Of a DNA stretch of 64,000 nt, positions 1 to 9,631 are shown piece by piece. The stretch comes from a virus. Location of the stretch: the IMG/VR virus record IMGVR_UViG_3300046170_000446, positions 41,118 through 105,117 of that record; one strand, 5' to 3'. Made by a program: the position numbers and the translations under genes. The notes under the pieces are model-generated. The model was not told the DNA's origin and did no database searches. It was given only the letters and a program-made list of their open reading frames with translations. How positions within the stretch are numbered: the first letter of the stretch is position 1; each line of letters opens with the position of its first letter.

Positions 1-2
1 CT

Positions 3-593
3 ATCGCAGACGAGATCGAGGCTTGTGAAGCAGAGATGCAAATGGCAAACGAGATTGAGGCTTGCGGTATGTATGCTGAGGACACTGAGGCTATGCACAC
101 GGCTGAGGACATCGAGGCTGACCTTTTCGCTGAGGATGTTGATGCTATGCACTGCGCTGACGACGACGACGACGACGACAGCGACGTTGAGGCTATGCTC
201 GCAGAGATGCTTGCTGAGCTAGACGGAGACACTGAGGCTTGTACTGCTGAGGATACTGAGGCTATGCAGATGGCTGAGGACACCGACCTTAACGCATCTC
301 TTGAGCCCCACGCAGATGACAACATGGGACTCAACGCTGGCGATATGGAAGCTGACGAAACTCTCGCGGCTCTCTTCAAAGCGGCATCTGACGATGATGA
401 CGAAGACGAAGACGAGACTCAAGACGAGGACGAGTCTGAGGGTACTTCTAAGAAAGCATCTCTCAAGCCACAAGGTCGCAAGTCTAGCGAGGGCGTTAAG
501 TCACTCGGCGCGATCAACAAAGAGGCTTCAAGCGAGGTTAATGATCTCGCTAAACTTTGGGAGTCTGCACCTGACGTAAAGGCTTTCTTCTGA
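3..593 (+). CDS. Putative prohead scaffolding protein (or C-terminal scaffold part of a protease-scaffold gene), 5'-partial
   Basis: Frame is open from the window edge. Very acidic and low-complexity with repeated x-x-A motifs, ends in a short hydrophobic tip (LAKLWESAPDVKAFF), and lies directly upstream of decoration and capsid genes. Confidence 0.65.
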   Translation: MADEIEACEAEMQMANEIEACGMYAEDTEAMHTAEDIEADLFAEDVDAMHCADDDDDDDSDVEAMLAEMLAELDGDTEACTAEDTEAMQMAEDTDLNASLEPHADDNMGLNAGDMEADETLAALFKAASDDDDEDEDETQDEDESEGTSKKASLKPQGRKSSEGVKSLGAINKEASSEVNDLAKLWESAPDVKAFF

Positions 594-638
594 GATTAGC
601 CTGACAGTGCGCACCTAACCTTATAACGGTTAGGCTCG

Positions 639-689
639 AAAAAAGGTGAGGGCTCAGGGACTTAGTTTCCCTGAGCCCTCACCTTTTTT
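639..689. terminator. Bidirectional intrinsic terminator
   Basis: A6-GGTGAGGGCTCAGGGA / TCCCTGAGCCCTCACC-T6: perfect 16-bp stem flanked by A and T runs. Confidence 0.85.
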
Positions 690-798
690 CAATAACTGAT
701 AAATACTCTGACCTAATATTAACGAGTATTACTCACAGAGCTTATTTCACATTACACTTGCTCTCTGAACAGGGAGTATCAGCGAAAGGTTTAATCCT

Positions 799-1470
799 AT
801 GGCTATGCTTGGACAGGCAAGTGGTGGTTTCACAGAGTCTTCATCTTCATTGCGTCTTCTTCACGTCGGTGTCCGTAACACCGTCGGTGTTTTGACTGAT
901 GATGCGTTTACTCAGACGAACCCACCCGTCGTTAGTACCGCAGGTACTGTCTCAGATAACGTCCCCACCACCGTACTTGGTGTTCTTGGTGGCTCAGTTG
1001 CTTTCTCACGTCCTGACGCAGGTTCAAACTTCGTCGGTGGCAACGTAGAAGGTCTTGCTGTCGCTACTCAAGAGACTTTTGTACGTCCTCTTGGTGTCTT
1101 TCTTAACAACGCGAATGGTCGCCCATTCGAGAACCTTCCTGCTCAGGCGAGCGGTAAAGGCCCTTACGTTTCTGCGCAGGGTACTTACGCAAACTCTCTC
1201 TTTGAGACTCAGGCTCTCGACACTGACGGTGCGAACGTCGCTCAAGGCGCTGACCTCACCTACACCGTAGGTGCAGAGCTCATCGCTTCTCGTAACGGCT
1301 ACCTCATGCCTCGTAACACCATCGACTCAGCAGGCGCTGTCGCATCTATCGACATCGCGGCTATTTCGGCTGAGGTTGAGCATGGTCGTACTGCTTCTAC
1401 CACCATCGGTATCCTTAAGATGCCTGCTGACTCGACTCAAAACGAGTTGGTCTACGACCAGCGCATTTAA
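799..1470 (+). CDS. Putative head decoration/cement protein
   Basis: 223 aa, rich in Gly/Ala/Thr/Val, codon usage like the capsid gene, located between scaffold and capsid genes. Confidence 0.6.
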   Translation: MAMLGQASGGFTESSSSLRLLHVGVRNTVGVLTDDAFTQTNPPVVSTAGTVSDNVPTTVLGVLGGSVAFSRPDAGSNFVGGNVEGLAVATQETFVRPLGVFLNNANGRPFENLPAQASGKGPYVSAQGTYANSLFETQALDTDGANVAQGADLTYTVGAELIASRNGYLMPRNTIDSAGAVASIDIAAISAEVEHGRTASTTIGILKMPADSTQNELVYDQRI

Positions 1471-1485
1471 TAGGAGGACAGTAAC

Positions 1486-2364
1486 ATGAGCGCACCAGTA
1501 ACTAACGCAGTTAAATCTAAGATTATCAGCGATTACATTAAGACTCCGCAGGGTCGTGCGAAGCTCGCCGCTTCAATGACTCAGCCACTTCGTACTCGCC
1601 GTGACTATAGCTCTGTCGGACGTAAGACTTTCTTGGTCGAGCAACTCCCTGACGGCGCACTTCCGATCTACGACAAAGACCCTGACGTGACCGCGTTCGT
1701 GGTTGGTGAAGAGGGCGAGAACATTCTTGCTATCACCAAGCCACGTCGTGTGATCTTCCCTCTTTTCGAGATCGCATCAAACCCTGAGATCCCTCTCACG
1801 CAGATTAAAGAGCGCCGTTTCGACCTCATCGAGCGTGCTCAGGATCTCGCTCGCGCACAGATCCAGGCGGCAGAGGACGAGCGCGTCTTCAGCATCCTCG
1901 ATGCTATCGCGACTGAGGGCTTTGACAGCCTCCCAGGTGGTACTAACGCAGACATCCCTGTCGTTGCACCTATCAGTGGGTCTGTTCTTGCTGACGCATA
2001 CAGCCTCATCGAGCGCCACGATCTCCGTGTTGCACGCGTCTTCATGAACGCACGCGATTACGCAGACGTTCGTAAGTTTGGTCGCGACATTCTCGACATC
2101 GAGTCTCAGGCAACTCTCCTCAAGACTGGTCTTCAGGCTAGCCTTTGGGGTGCTCAGATCATCACTAGCCGTATCGTACCTGTTGGTACTGTTTACGTCT
2201 GCTGTGAGCCTGAGATGTTCGGTCGCATCCCTGTCCGTACTGAGCTTACTGTCCTCAGCGCAGATGACCCTAAGGCTCGTACTGTCGGTTTCTCTTGCTT
2301 CGAGAACCTCGGTATCGGTGCATTCAACCCTCGCGGGCTCGTTCGCCTCACTATCACTCGCTAA
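1486..2364 (+). CDS. Major capsid protein (HK97-like fold)
   Basis: Strong SD (AGGAGG). Contains GRAKLAASMTQPLR..DY..VGRK..LVEQLPDGALPIYDKD, RFDLIERAQ..A...IQ..ED, and C-terminal GFSCFENLGIGAFNPRG, typical of large-phage capsid proteins. Followed by a terminator. Confidence 0.85.
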   Translation: MSAPVTNAVKSKIISDYIKTPQGRAKLAASMTQPLRTRRDYSSVGRKTFLVEQLPDGALPIYDKDPDVTAFVVGEEGENILAITKPRRVIFPLFEIASNPEIPLTQIKERRFDLIERAQDLARAQIQAAEDERVFSILDAIATEGFDSLPGGTNADIPVVAPISGSVLADAYSLIERHDLRVARVFMNARDYADVRKFGRDILDIESQATLLKTGLQASLWGAQIITSRIVPVGTVYVCCEPEMFGRIPVRTELTVLSADDPKARTVGFSCFENLGIGAFNPRGLVRLTITR

Positions 2365-2420
2365 TATTAACAGCTTGTGATTAGGCGCTCTCCTTAGGGA
2401 AGCGCATAAGGGTTAAGAAG

Positions 2421-2455
2421 AAACCCTGTCTCTCTCTGAGGGGCAGGGTTTTTTC
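2421..2455 (+). terminator. Intrinsic terminator after the capsid gene
   Basis: AAACCCTGTCTC...GGGGCAGGGTTT stem followed by a T tract. Confidence 0.75.
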
Positions 2456-2506
2456 GTTTTTCCAACCATATTAAAAGTCCTGTAGGTTAAACGAAAGGAC
2501 ACCACT

Positions 2507-3034
2507 ATGATGAGGATCTTAGCCCTATTAATACTCTCTCTCCCTATTAGCTCTTATGCTAATGACCACAACCCTTGGGAAGTGAGCTTAGGCACTACTC
2601 AAATGTTCTTTGGGTGGTATGGTGAGGACTCCTCTCAAGTGCCTACCTCCTCTGCTACTCTAATCTTATCGAGAGAGCTTATCGGAGGTCTTTCCGCATG
2701 GGGAGTATTCAACTTGCCTCTAACTCCTAACAAAAGAGTTACCGCAGAGGGTGTGATTGAGGACACCATTACACTGCCTACCCTAATGTTAGGTCTAAGC
2801 TATGAGGCTCTGAGTTATCAATACGACGAGCGCAAAAGAATAGGCTTAGACGCAGGGCTTTCTGTAGGAAGACCGCTAACTCTAAAGGGTCAAGTGTTCC
2901 CTGTAGGGGCTTTTCGCCTCAAGCTCGTTAAAGATAACGAGAACACTGTCTACGTAGGGTTGACCACCTCACCTTACAACCCTGAAGGTGATTTGGTTTG
3001 GGGACTAATCTACGGAATGGGTACTAAATTTTAA
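2507..3034 (+). CDS. Secreted outer-membrane beta-barrel-like protein
   Basis: Signal peptide (MMRILALLILSLPISSYA), alternating beta-strand pattern, C-terminal Phe (YGMGTKF) resembling the Bam signal. Confidence 0.55.
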   Translation: MMRILALLILSLPISSYANDHNPWEVSLGTTQMFFGWYGEDSSQVPTSSATLILSRELIGGLSAWGVFNLPLTPNKRVTAEGVIEDTITLPTLMLGLSYEALSYQYDERKRIGLDAGLSVGRPLTLKGQVFPVGAFRLKLVKDNENTVYVGLTTSPYNPEGDLVWGLIYGMGTKF

Positions 3035-4057
3035 AGTCCACAGGTGCTCTCTAAAAGCACTCTAGCTACCTCATAAGGGTCAGCGTTAGCGTTAGGTCGC
3101 CTGTCTTCTAAATACCCACAACCTGCGTCATAAACATTAGCAGGGATACGAACAGAAGCGGTGCGGTCTGACACTCCCCACTTAAACTCGTCGTAGCGAC
3201 ACGTCTCATGGTGGCCTGTAAGTCGGATTTCGTACCCTGCGCCGTACACATCTAAGTGCTCTTGTACGCGACCGCTAATCTTAAACAGTGCGTCCTCGAT
3301 ATGTGTCATCCCGTTTTCTTGCCTCATAGCTTCAGTAGAGAAGTTAGTGTGCATACCCGCGCCGTTCCAATCACCAGGTACAGGCTTAGGGTCTAAGGTT
3401 GCAGAGAGCCCGTAATCTTCACCCAAGCGGTATAATAACCAACGTGCTATCCACAGATCATCACTTGCCCTGAGCGCATCTCCTTCAGGGCCTCCGATTT
3501 GAAACTCCCACTGTCCAGGCATGACCTCAGCATTAATGCCTGTTAACATTAGGTCTGCCTCTAAGCAAACTTTCATGTGATGCTCTACGAGAGCTCGACC
3601 GTACACCTCATCAGCGCCTACTCCACAATAATAAGGGCCTTGCTCAGCGGGAAAACGTCTCTCTGAAGGGAAGCCCAACGGACGAGAGCCTTTATAGAGA
3701 GTGTACTCTTGCTCGAAGCCGAACCAAGCCTTTTCTTTATCTGCTCCGTTAGACAAGACCTCTCTTAAGAGCGCCCTTGTGTTGGTAGAGTGAGGTTTCT
3801 TATCTGCCCCATAGACTTCGCACATTAAGAGGATAGCTCCTTCTCCCCTAATAGGGTCTTTATATGCTCTCACGGGCTTCAAGATGCAATCTGAGCTCCC
3901 TCCCTCCGCCTGTGAGGTAGAAGACCCATCAAACTGCCACTCAGGGAGGTTTACCGCTAGAGGGACGACCTCACCCCCCGATGATCTTTGTCTTAGAACG
4001 TAATCTAGCGGTAGGCTTAGATCCGTCAACCCATATGTATTCAACTGCTCTTTTCAT
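3031..4057 (-). CDS. glnII: Glutamine synthetase type II; +1 insertion in the C6 run at 3974-3979
   Basis: True N-terminus MKRAVEYIWVDG..LRSKTK starts at 4057 in another frame. Downstream motifs: WQFDGSST, GFEQEY, QGPYYCGVG, NAEVMPGQWEFQIG, DWNGAGMHTNFST, RLTGHHET, GYLEDRRPNANADPY. Confidence 0.93.
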
Positions 4058-4134
4058 TAATGCCTCGTTTTTTTCTTATCCTTTGAACCTTGTAGTAACC
4101 TATGCCCCTACTCTACGGGAGGGAAAATATTATT

Positions 4135-4458
4135 ATGGATTTTCACGTAAGATTAGCAAGACTTAATGAGAGGCTAGAAACCCTTCAAGAAGGCTTAAAC
4201 GGTAGAACCGCAGGCTTTCCCTCTAGTTTTGAAAAGTTGGTAAGAGGTAGAGTCGAGAACCCTCGGAAGCGACAAAGGATTATGGCGTTGAAAGCTCGCC
4301 TCGATAATGGGGATTACTCAGGATCATTTGAGAGACGAGAGATCCACCTTGAGATCCAGCATCTTCTTCTCCCCCCAAAAGATCATTACAAGGCAAAGAT
4401 GACCTCACCAAGACCCTCACGTCAAGGATATGCGAATGTTTATAAGCGAAATCAATAA
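4135..4458 (+). CDS. Hypothetical, putative capsid-internal protein
   Basis: SD GGAGG before ATG 4135. Leader MDFHVRLARLNERLETL followed by an RTAG motif. Confidence 0.6.
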   Translation: MDFHVRLARLNERLETLQEGLNGRTAGFPSSFEKLVRGRVENPRKRQRIMALKARLDNGDYSGSFERREIHLEIQHLLLPPKDHYKAKMTSPRPSRQGYANVYKRNQ

Positions 4459-4513
4459 GATATCTATTTACCTTTCTTAATATAAAAACCTCCAACTTAA
4501 AAGGAGCTCAGTT

Positions 4514-4957
4514 ATGAGTTTTGAACGACGTATCGCAAGTCTACAAATCCGCCTCGCAAGCCTAAAGTCTAACCTCTCAGGTGTTGGTAAGATGCACTAC
4601 TGCCAGTTGCCCAATGGAAGCAGACTCGGCGTTATGGCACTCCAAGGCGCTGGTCAATTGAGACTCGGCTTCCAATATGGGAATGGCGCTTACTCACATC
4701 AAGACACTGTTTCTAATCTCAGAGACTGTCTGAAAGATATGAAGAGAGACGGAGCGCTCGCCTCACTTGGAAAAGAATACCGAGGCCCGATGTGCTCATT
4801 CTTGCTCCCTAATGGACAACAGTTTGGGATGTATGTAATTTGCGGTCGTATGGGCGATTGCCGTCTCGGTTTCCAGTGTGGCAATGGCTCATACTCACAC
4901 CTTGGCACTCTTGAAGACATGAGAGCAATCATCGACGACGGTATCCTAGACCACTAA
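4514..4957 (+). CDS. Hypothetical protein with two internal repeats, putative capsid-internal
   Basis: SD AAGGAG. Leader MSFERRIASLQIRLASLK. Two copies of LPNG..G...RLGFQxGNGxYSH. Confidence 0.7.
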   Translation: MSFERRIASLQIRLASLKSNLSGVGKMHYCQLPNGSRLGVMALQGAGQLRLGFQYGNGAYSHQDTVSNLRDCLKDMKRDGALASLGKEYRGPMCSFLLPNGQQFGMYVICGRMGDCRLGFQCGNGSYSHLGTLEDMRAIIDDGILDH

Positions 4958-5034
4958 GAAAAATACCGTTCCCCTTAAAAGCCTATAAAGTCTTCTCCAT
5001 AGCGTCCTAATTCTATACGTAAGGCGGTGTGGAG

Positions 5035-5932
5035 ATGACTCATAAGATACATAAGCAGAGCTGTGTCATCGCGGTAAGCGAAAAAGAAGACAAGCCTATC
5101 CTCTTTAAGATTAGAGATCGCAAATACGTCCCTAAACTAAGAGTCTACCATGAGCTTGTGAACGGTGTAGAAGTCCTATACGTCAAAGACGAGATCACCG
5201 CATGGATAGAGGGCATTAACGAGTATGGTATCGGTGTGATTAACTCCGCCCTACTCGTTAAGCGTGACGAGAACGAACATCTCAACCCTATCCGAAGAAA
5301 ACGGCAAGGTAGGGTAATGTCTAGAGACGGCAACCGAGTTTTAAAGATACTCGCTAGCCGTAATATTGAAGAAGCCCTAGACATGACACTCAAATATGAT
5401 GACGGGATCAAAGGACACACCTTCATCTCTGACGGCACAACCACGTATGCAGTAGAGCACACTAGTAAACTCAAGCCTAAGCACCGTAAGCTCAGAGGTA
5501 AAGCCACCCATGTGCGCACCAATCACGGGCTACTCTACCCCTGGAGCGGGCTACTCAGGAGGCGCACCTCTTGAGTCTTCTGTACAGCGTAAGAAAATGG
5601 TTGAGCGCGTACTCAGGAAGTCTGAGAAGATTAAAGACATTAGCCCTGACCTCTTTAACGAGAGCTTAAAGTCTAAGCAAAACTTTAACTCTGCTGTGCG
5701 TAAAGGTAAGGGGGAGATGTTCACCTCCTCCCTCATGGCGATCAACCTTAAAGAGCTTAAAATTATGCTCTACATATTAGAAGACAAAGGCGACTACCTC
5801 GGATACCGAAATCACATCAACGGGCAGACTAAATGCACCTTTGATGTGTATCGGTTCAACAAGAAAAACAAGATAGAGAGGCTAGGTAACAAGCCTGATC
5901 AGTTTGTCGAAGACGTGCCTAAAGATATGTAG
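5035..5932 (+). CDS. Ntn (N-terminal nucleophile Cys) hydrolase, C45/C59-like; +1 insertion in CCCC at 5538-5541
   Basis: Motifs CVIAV...KIRDR, EGINEYGIGVINSAL and RTNHG. Removing one C joins NHGLLYP to GAGYSGG, fusing ORFs 5029-5574 and 5510-5932 into about 298 aa. Confidence 0.7.
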
Positions 5933-6001
5933 CCTAACGCTCTAATCTTTTTATGAGCTTCATTAAGTTAGAAAACACCATATGCAAAGAGGTACAGGAT
6001 T

Positions 6002-6943
6002 ATGAAGAAAGTCGCCGCTAGTAAACTAAGGAAGATAGCTAAAGCGAGCAGAGAAGTAGGTGCTTCAGACGTTGAACATCTCGCTCTCTTCGCTTTAGGG
6101 GAGATCGGCACTACAGACGGGCTCTCTAAGCACGCAAGTTCTAATCTTATCGCGGGCATTAAAATAAAGATGCTCGATGGGATTGCTAAGTTTAGTATGA
6201 AGGCATCTAAGTTTTCTCAGGAAGACCCTACGGTTAAAAAGATTAGAGATTTCATCCACAAAGAGAAGCTCGTAAGTCGGATCTACCATTCAGTTCACAG
6301 CAAAGCCTATGACAAAATGGAGCAACCTTCAAACTGGGTAGAGAAGCGCATTAAGAAGTACCTAATGAGCATGACCTCCACTTCTGATCTCCTCCGAGCT
6401 TGTGCATCTCTCATCTCAGCACGAAACATAGAAGAGCTCTCAGAGTCTATCGGTGTTAGCTCACTTACGCTAAAAAAACACCTAGACCCTAATCTCGACA
6501 CTCAGAGCAAGTTTAAGAAGTACACTCCTGCGGTAATAGAGCACGCAATTGATTACTTCGCCGTTGTCAAAGACGCTCAGATCTTCGGTGTGAAACTTGC
6601 GATCATCCTCTTTAAAGGGATGGTCGTCGGAGGTATCTACGCGCTTTTCACAGGTAAGGCAATGTCTGTAGTGCTTGCAGGAGTCGGCGTGACTTTTGGA
6701 TGGTTCTTAGCAGGGGTCGTCTTAGGTCTTTTATTTACGAGCCATAAGAGCACCGCGTCGTTCCTTAGGAAGTCAGGAGTATTTTTTGGGCTCATACCTC
6801 TAGCTATCTTAAATGACCTAGTTTCCTTCATAGGATGGTCGAAAGAAAAAATCGCTGGTATTATGCGGGCTATCTCAGGGCGCTTGGCTGAGGCTAAAGC
6901 GAACCTAACTCAGTCAGAAAGCCAGTCTCAATACGCTTATTAA
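6002..6943 (+). CDS. Hypothetical membrane protein, putative virion cargo
   Basis: KVAAS, KIAKAS and KHAS motifs in the N-terminal 50 aa; 2-3 hydrophobic segments in the C-terminal half. Confidence 0.65.
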   Translation: MKKVAASKLRKIAKASREVGASDVEHLALFALGEIGTTDGLSKHASSNLIAGIKIKMLDGIAKFSMKASKFSQEDPTVKKIRDFIHKEKLVSRIYHSVHSKAYDKMEQPSNWVEKRIKKYLMSMTSTSDLLRACASLISARNIEELSESIGVSSLTLKKHLDPNLDTQSKFKKYTPAVIEHAIDYFAVVKDAQIFGVKLAIILFKGMVVGGIYALFTGKAMSVVLAGVGVTFGWFLAGVVLGLLFTSHKSTASFLRKSGVFFGLIPLAILNDLVSFIGWSKEKIAGIMRAISGRLAEAKANLTQSESQSQYAY

Positions 6944-7818
6944 TAAGACGCCTTTTGTCTCATAGACTCACCTTTACGGTTGAATACTTCAAAGCCGTCT
7001 AGATGAAAAACGACGAGGAAATCTAAGTCTTTTATTTCTCTCAGATAGCTGTTCGTCTTTACTGAGCCGTCTCGCATATATAAGTTGATTAAACTTTGAA
7101 AACGACTCGGAGGGGTTGCTCCTTCTGATCCAGAATTCTGCTCTTCTTCCGCTCTCATCTTCGCTATCTTACTTCTAAAAGAAGGCCCGATAACAAAGTT
7201 AAGAGGAGCATGGACGACCATACCTGAAGGCTCCCCTGACACATAACCGTGTCTTCTTGTCTGAATGTAAACACCGATACGAGATCTCTTCGATGCGTTA
7301 CCCATAGACTGACCGAAAGACTCTCTATGAATAACCTCCCCGTTACCTCCAGGTCTTTCCCCTACTAAGATAAAGTGTTCTACGCCACCGCCATACTGCT
7401 CTAATAAGTTACGGAGTCTCGGTATATCTGCCTCTGTATAATGACCTTCGATCTCATCGAGGGTCGCTAAAGACCCTAAGAACTGAAAAGCCATCCAGTT
7501 AGTAATCACGTCTTCGTTAGCGTAATGCTTTTCAAAAACGTCCTTGTCGAAACGATGGACACGTAGAAAAGACCGCCCTTTCCAAGTCCCGTCGATAGCA
7601 AAGGTCACCTTGTCTTCTTCGCTCGCTGACTTTACGAGGTATTGAAAAGCCACTCTCTTTGCAGAAGCAGTTTTCTTAGCAGGCTTGTTAGACCCTGAGC
7701 TGATTGAATACTGCTCTTGGCTATCAAGCCACTTTTGCTGATCTTCCTTACTCAAACCGTTAAACCACTTCTTAAACGCTTTTTTGTCGCCTTTAGCGAA
7801 CCTTGCTGATCTTCTCAT
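6940..7818 (-). CDS. Hypothetical, putative virion cargo (start 7818 or 7842)
   Basis: MRRSA..., KKTASAKRVAFQYLVKSAS and a terminal QKASY. Confidence 0.65.
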   Translation of the reverse strand: MRRSARFAKGDKKAFKKWFNGLSKEDQQKWLDSQEQYSISSGSNKPAKKTASAKRVAFQYLVKSASEEDKVTFAIDGTWKGRSFLRVHRFDKDVFEKHYANEDVITNWMAFQFLGSLATLDEIEGHYTEADIPRLRNLLEQYGGGVEHFILVGERPGGNGEVIHRESFGQSMGNASKRSRIGVYIQTRRHGYVSGEPSGMVVHAPLNFVIGPSFRSKIAKMRAEEEQNSGSEGATPPSRFQSLINLYMRDGSVKTNSYLREIKDLDFLVVFHLDGFEVFNRKGESMRQKASY

Positions 7819-7935
7819 AATCTTAAACCTCTCTAAGAGCATAATATACTCAGAGAGTATATAGGCTCTTTATACCTGTGCTCAGAGAGTCAAGATATGG
7901 TAAATAATCCTCCTAAAAAGGAAGGCCACAACAAG

Positions 7936-8388
7936 ATGAAATGTCTAATCAGCGTCTTTAACCAAGAAGGCAAAATCGTATGGGTCTGTAACAGCGAAGT
8001 TGGTAGCCCTGTAAAGAACAATGTTAGCCGTGACCGATGCTGGAAGTACAACTGCAAAGGCCGAAGGCACATACCCCAAAAAGAAATCGACTTACTAACC
8101 GTAGACAGTCCTACGGAGTGTCTAAGTAGGGAGTGTTCAAACAATCTACCTAGCAACAGGAAGAAGTTTTGCTCTACGGAGTGCAGGATCGTTGAAAACC
8201 GCGCTCGCCACAGAGACAAGAACAAAATAAAGCCCCGTAAAAGGCATCTCTTCTGCAATAATATTAAATGCCGAGAAGAGATGCCTAAAGACCGTTTCAA
8301 ATACTGTAGCTTTGAATGTGAGCGCCTAGAGAACGCGAGACGCAAAAGGCAAAAGAGAGAAGACCTCAAGAAAGAAAACAGTCAATGA
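7936..8388 (+). CDS. Cys-rich Zn-binding protein
   Basis: Two C-x4-C...[FY]CSxEC units; SD GGAAGG before ATG 7936. Confidence 0.6.
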   Translation: MKCLISVFNQEGKIVWVCNSEVGSPVKNNVSRDRCWKYNCKGRRHIPQKEIDLLTVDSPTECLSRECSNNLPSNRKKFCSTECRIVENRARHRDKNKIKPRKRHLFCNNIKCREEMPKDRFKYCSFECERLENARRKRQKREDLKKENSQ

Positions 8389-8783
8389 GACTTTAAAACG
8401 TAGACCTCTACATCAACATCGCCATTCCCATGCGTGGCTTTACGCACTGAGTATTGAAGAAGTTTCAACCTATTCCATTTGTAAAGAACCTCTTCAGTAG
8501 GCTTTTTCATTTGATACCCTCTCTCGAAGTTGTAAGTGCTCACCTTAACTAACCTTTTAAGACGGTCGTAGTAACACTTGTGTATCTGTGAGTAAGGGAC
8601 GATGTGCTCCATCTCTGTTTTTATGTGCCTTACTTCTTTTACAGGGAAGGTACAACCTTTCGATTTGGGTACAGACCAAACTACAACCTTAGGTTCGTTT
8701 AAGCTGATTTCCGCCAACACAAAAATACTCATTGCTAATGAAAGCATTGAGAGAGCAGAAAATATACCCATTTCCATTTTCAT
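8382..8783 (-). CDS. Hypothetical protein with N-terminal TM/signal
   Basis: Hydrophobic N-terminus; part of a tightly packed minus-strand cluster. Confidence 0.6.
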   Translation of the reverse strand: MKMEMGIFSALSMLSLAMSIFVLAEISLNEPKVVVWSVPKSKGCTFPVKEVRHIKTEMEHIVPYSQIHKCYYDRLKRLVKVSTYNFERGYQMKKPTEEVLYKWNRLKLLQYSVRKATHGNGDVDVEVYVLKSH

Positions 8784-8802
8784 CGTTCACCACCTAATCG
8801 TT

Positions 8803-8979
8803 TTAGGTGAGCTGTCTTATTTTATCAGAGACAGCTTTATTCTCCACGGCTGATCCCTGAGTAGGCTCAGCCGTCTTTAGAGTCTCTACGATCTCTTTAT
8901 AGAGAGCCTTAGCGAGTTTCTTAGTGTCAGGGTCACAGGGCTCCACTAAGAGCTTATACAGCTTATTCTCGTCCACCAT
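8803..8979 (-). CDS. Small hypothetical protein (58 aa, absent from the ORF track)
   Basis: MVDENKLYKLLVEPCD...KIRQLT; fills the gap between co-oriented genes; GAGG upstream. Confidence 0.5.
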   Translation of the reverse strand: MVDENKLYKLLVEPCDPDTKKLAKALYKEIVETLKTAEPTQGSAVENKAVSDKIRQLT

Positions 8980-9241
8980 TTGATTTCCTCTTCCGCACGT
9001 TTTCGTAAGTCCTGTCTCTGAGGCTATACCATTGGCGCTTAGTCATCAACTTACTCGCACATCTATTAGAAGAGGGAAAATCTGAAGACTTAATCTCCCC
9101 TATGCCGAAATAGGTAACTTTATCCCCATTCGCGCATAAAGTTACTCGCACCTCCCGCCTTGAGTCCATCAAGTAAAGCACTGTAAAAAATGAAATAACG
9201 ACTACTAGGAAGTTAAGATTATCATTGTTCTTAAACTTCAA
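8963..9241 (-). CDS. Small membrane-anchored protein, paralog of 9238-9522
   Basis: N-terminal TM, VTLC...C...MTKRQW pattern. Confidence 0.6.
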   Translation of the reverse strand: MKFKNNDNLNFLVVVISFFTVLYLMDSRREVRVTLCANGDKVTYFGIGEIKSSDFPSSNRCASKLMTKRQWYSLRDRTYENVRKRKSNGGRE

Positions 9242-9522
9242 CGGACACCTCTAGGTCTTGGGAAACCTGGATAGGTTTGACCTAAAAGCCTTTTAATCTC
9301 AAACCATTCATTTTTTGTCATAACGTGCTCTTCACATTCAAAGTTTTTCATCTGAGGTAAAGACTTTGTGAGGTCGAAGTAATCTCTCTCTCGCCCGATA
9401 AAATGATAGCCTGCTTCGCTGGGACACATCACGACAGTAATCTCCTGTGTGTAGTAAAAGTATGCTATTAAAGCAGAGACGGAGAGGATTAACACGACTC
9501 CTAAAAGGTTATCTAAGTCCAT
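9238..9522 (-). CDS. Small membrane-anchored protein, paralog of 8963-9241
   Basis: N-terminal TM, VVMC...C...MTKNEW pattern. Confidence 0.6.
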   Translation of the reverse strand: MDLDNLLGVVLILSVSALIAYFYYTQEITVVMCPSEAGYHFIGRERDYFDLTKSLPQMKNFECEEHVMTKNEWFEIKRLLGQTYPGFPRPRGVR

Positions 9523-9558
9523 TTTCTTTTTTCTTTATGCGTATGTGTGTGCAAAGGA

Positions 9559-9631
9559 TGGGCAGTCAGGGATTTGAACCCTGGATCGCTCGTTTATGAG
9601 ACGAGAGCCTTAACCGCTTGGCTAACTGCCC
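9559..9631 (-). tRNA. tRNA with CAU anticodon (elongator Met or Ile2)
   Basis: Acceptor GGGCAGT/ACTGCCC+A, anticodon arm CTCGT-CTCATAA-ACGAG, T loop GGTTCAAATCC; no encoded CCA. Confidence 0.9.
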
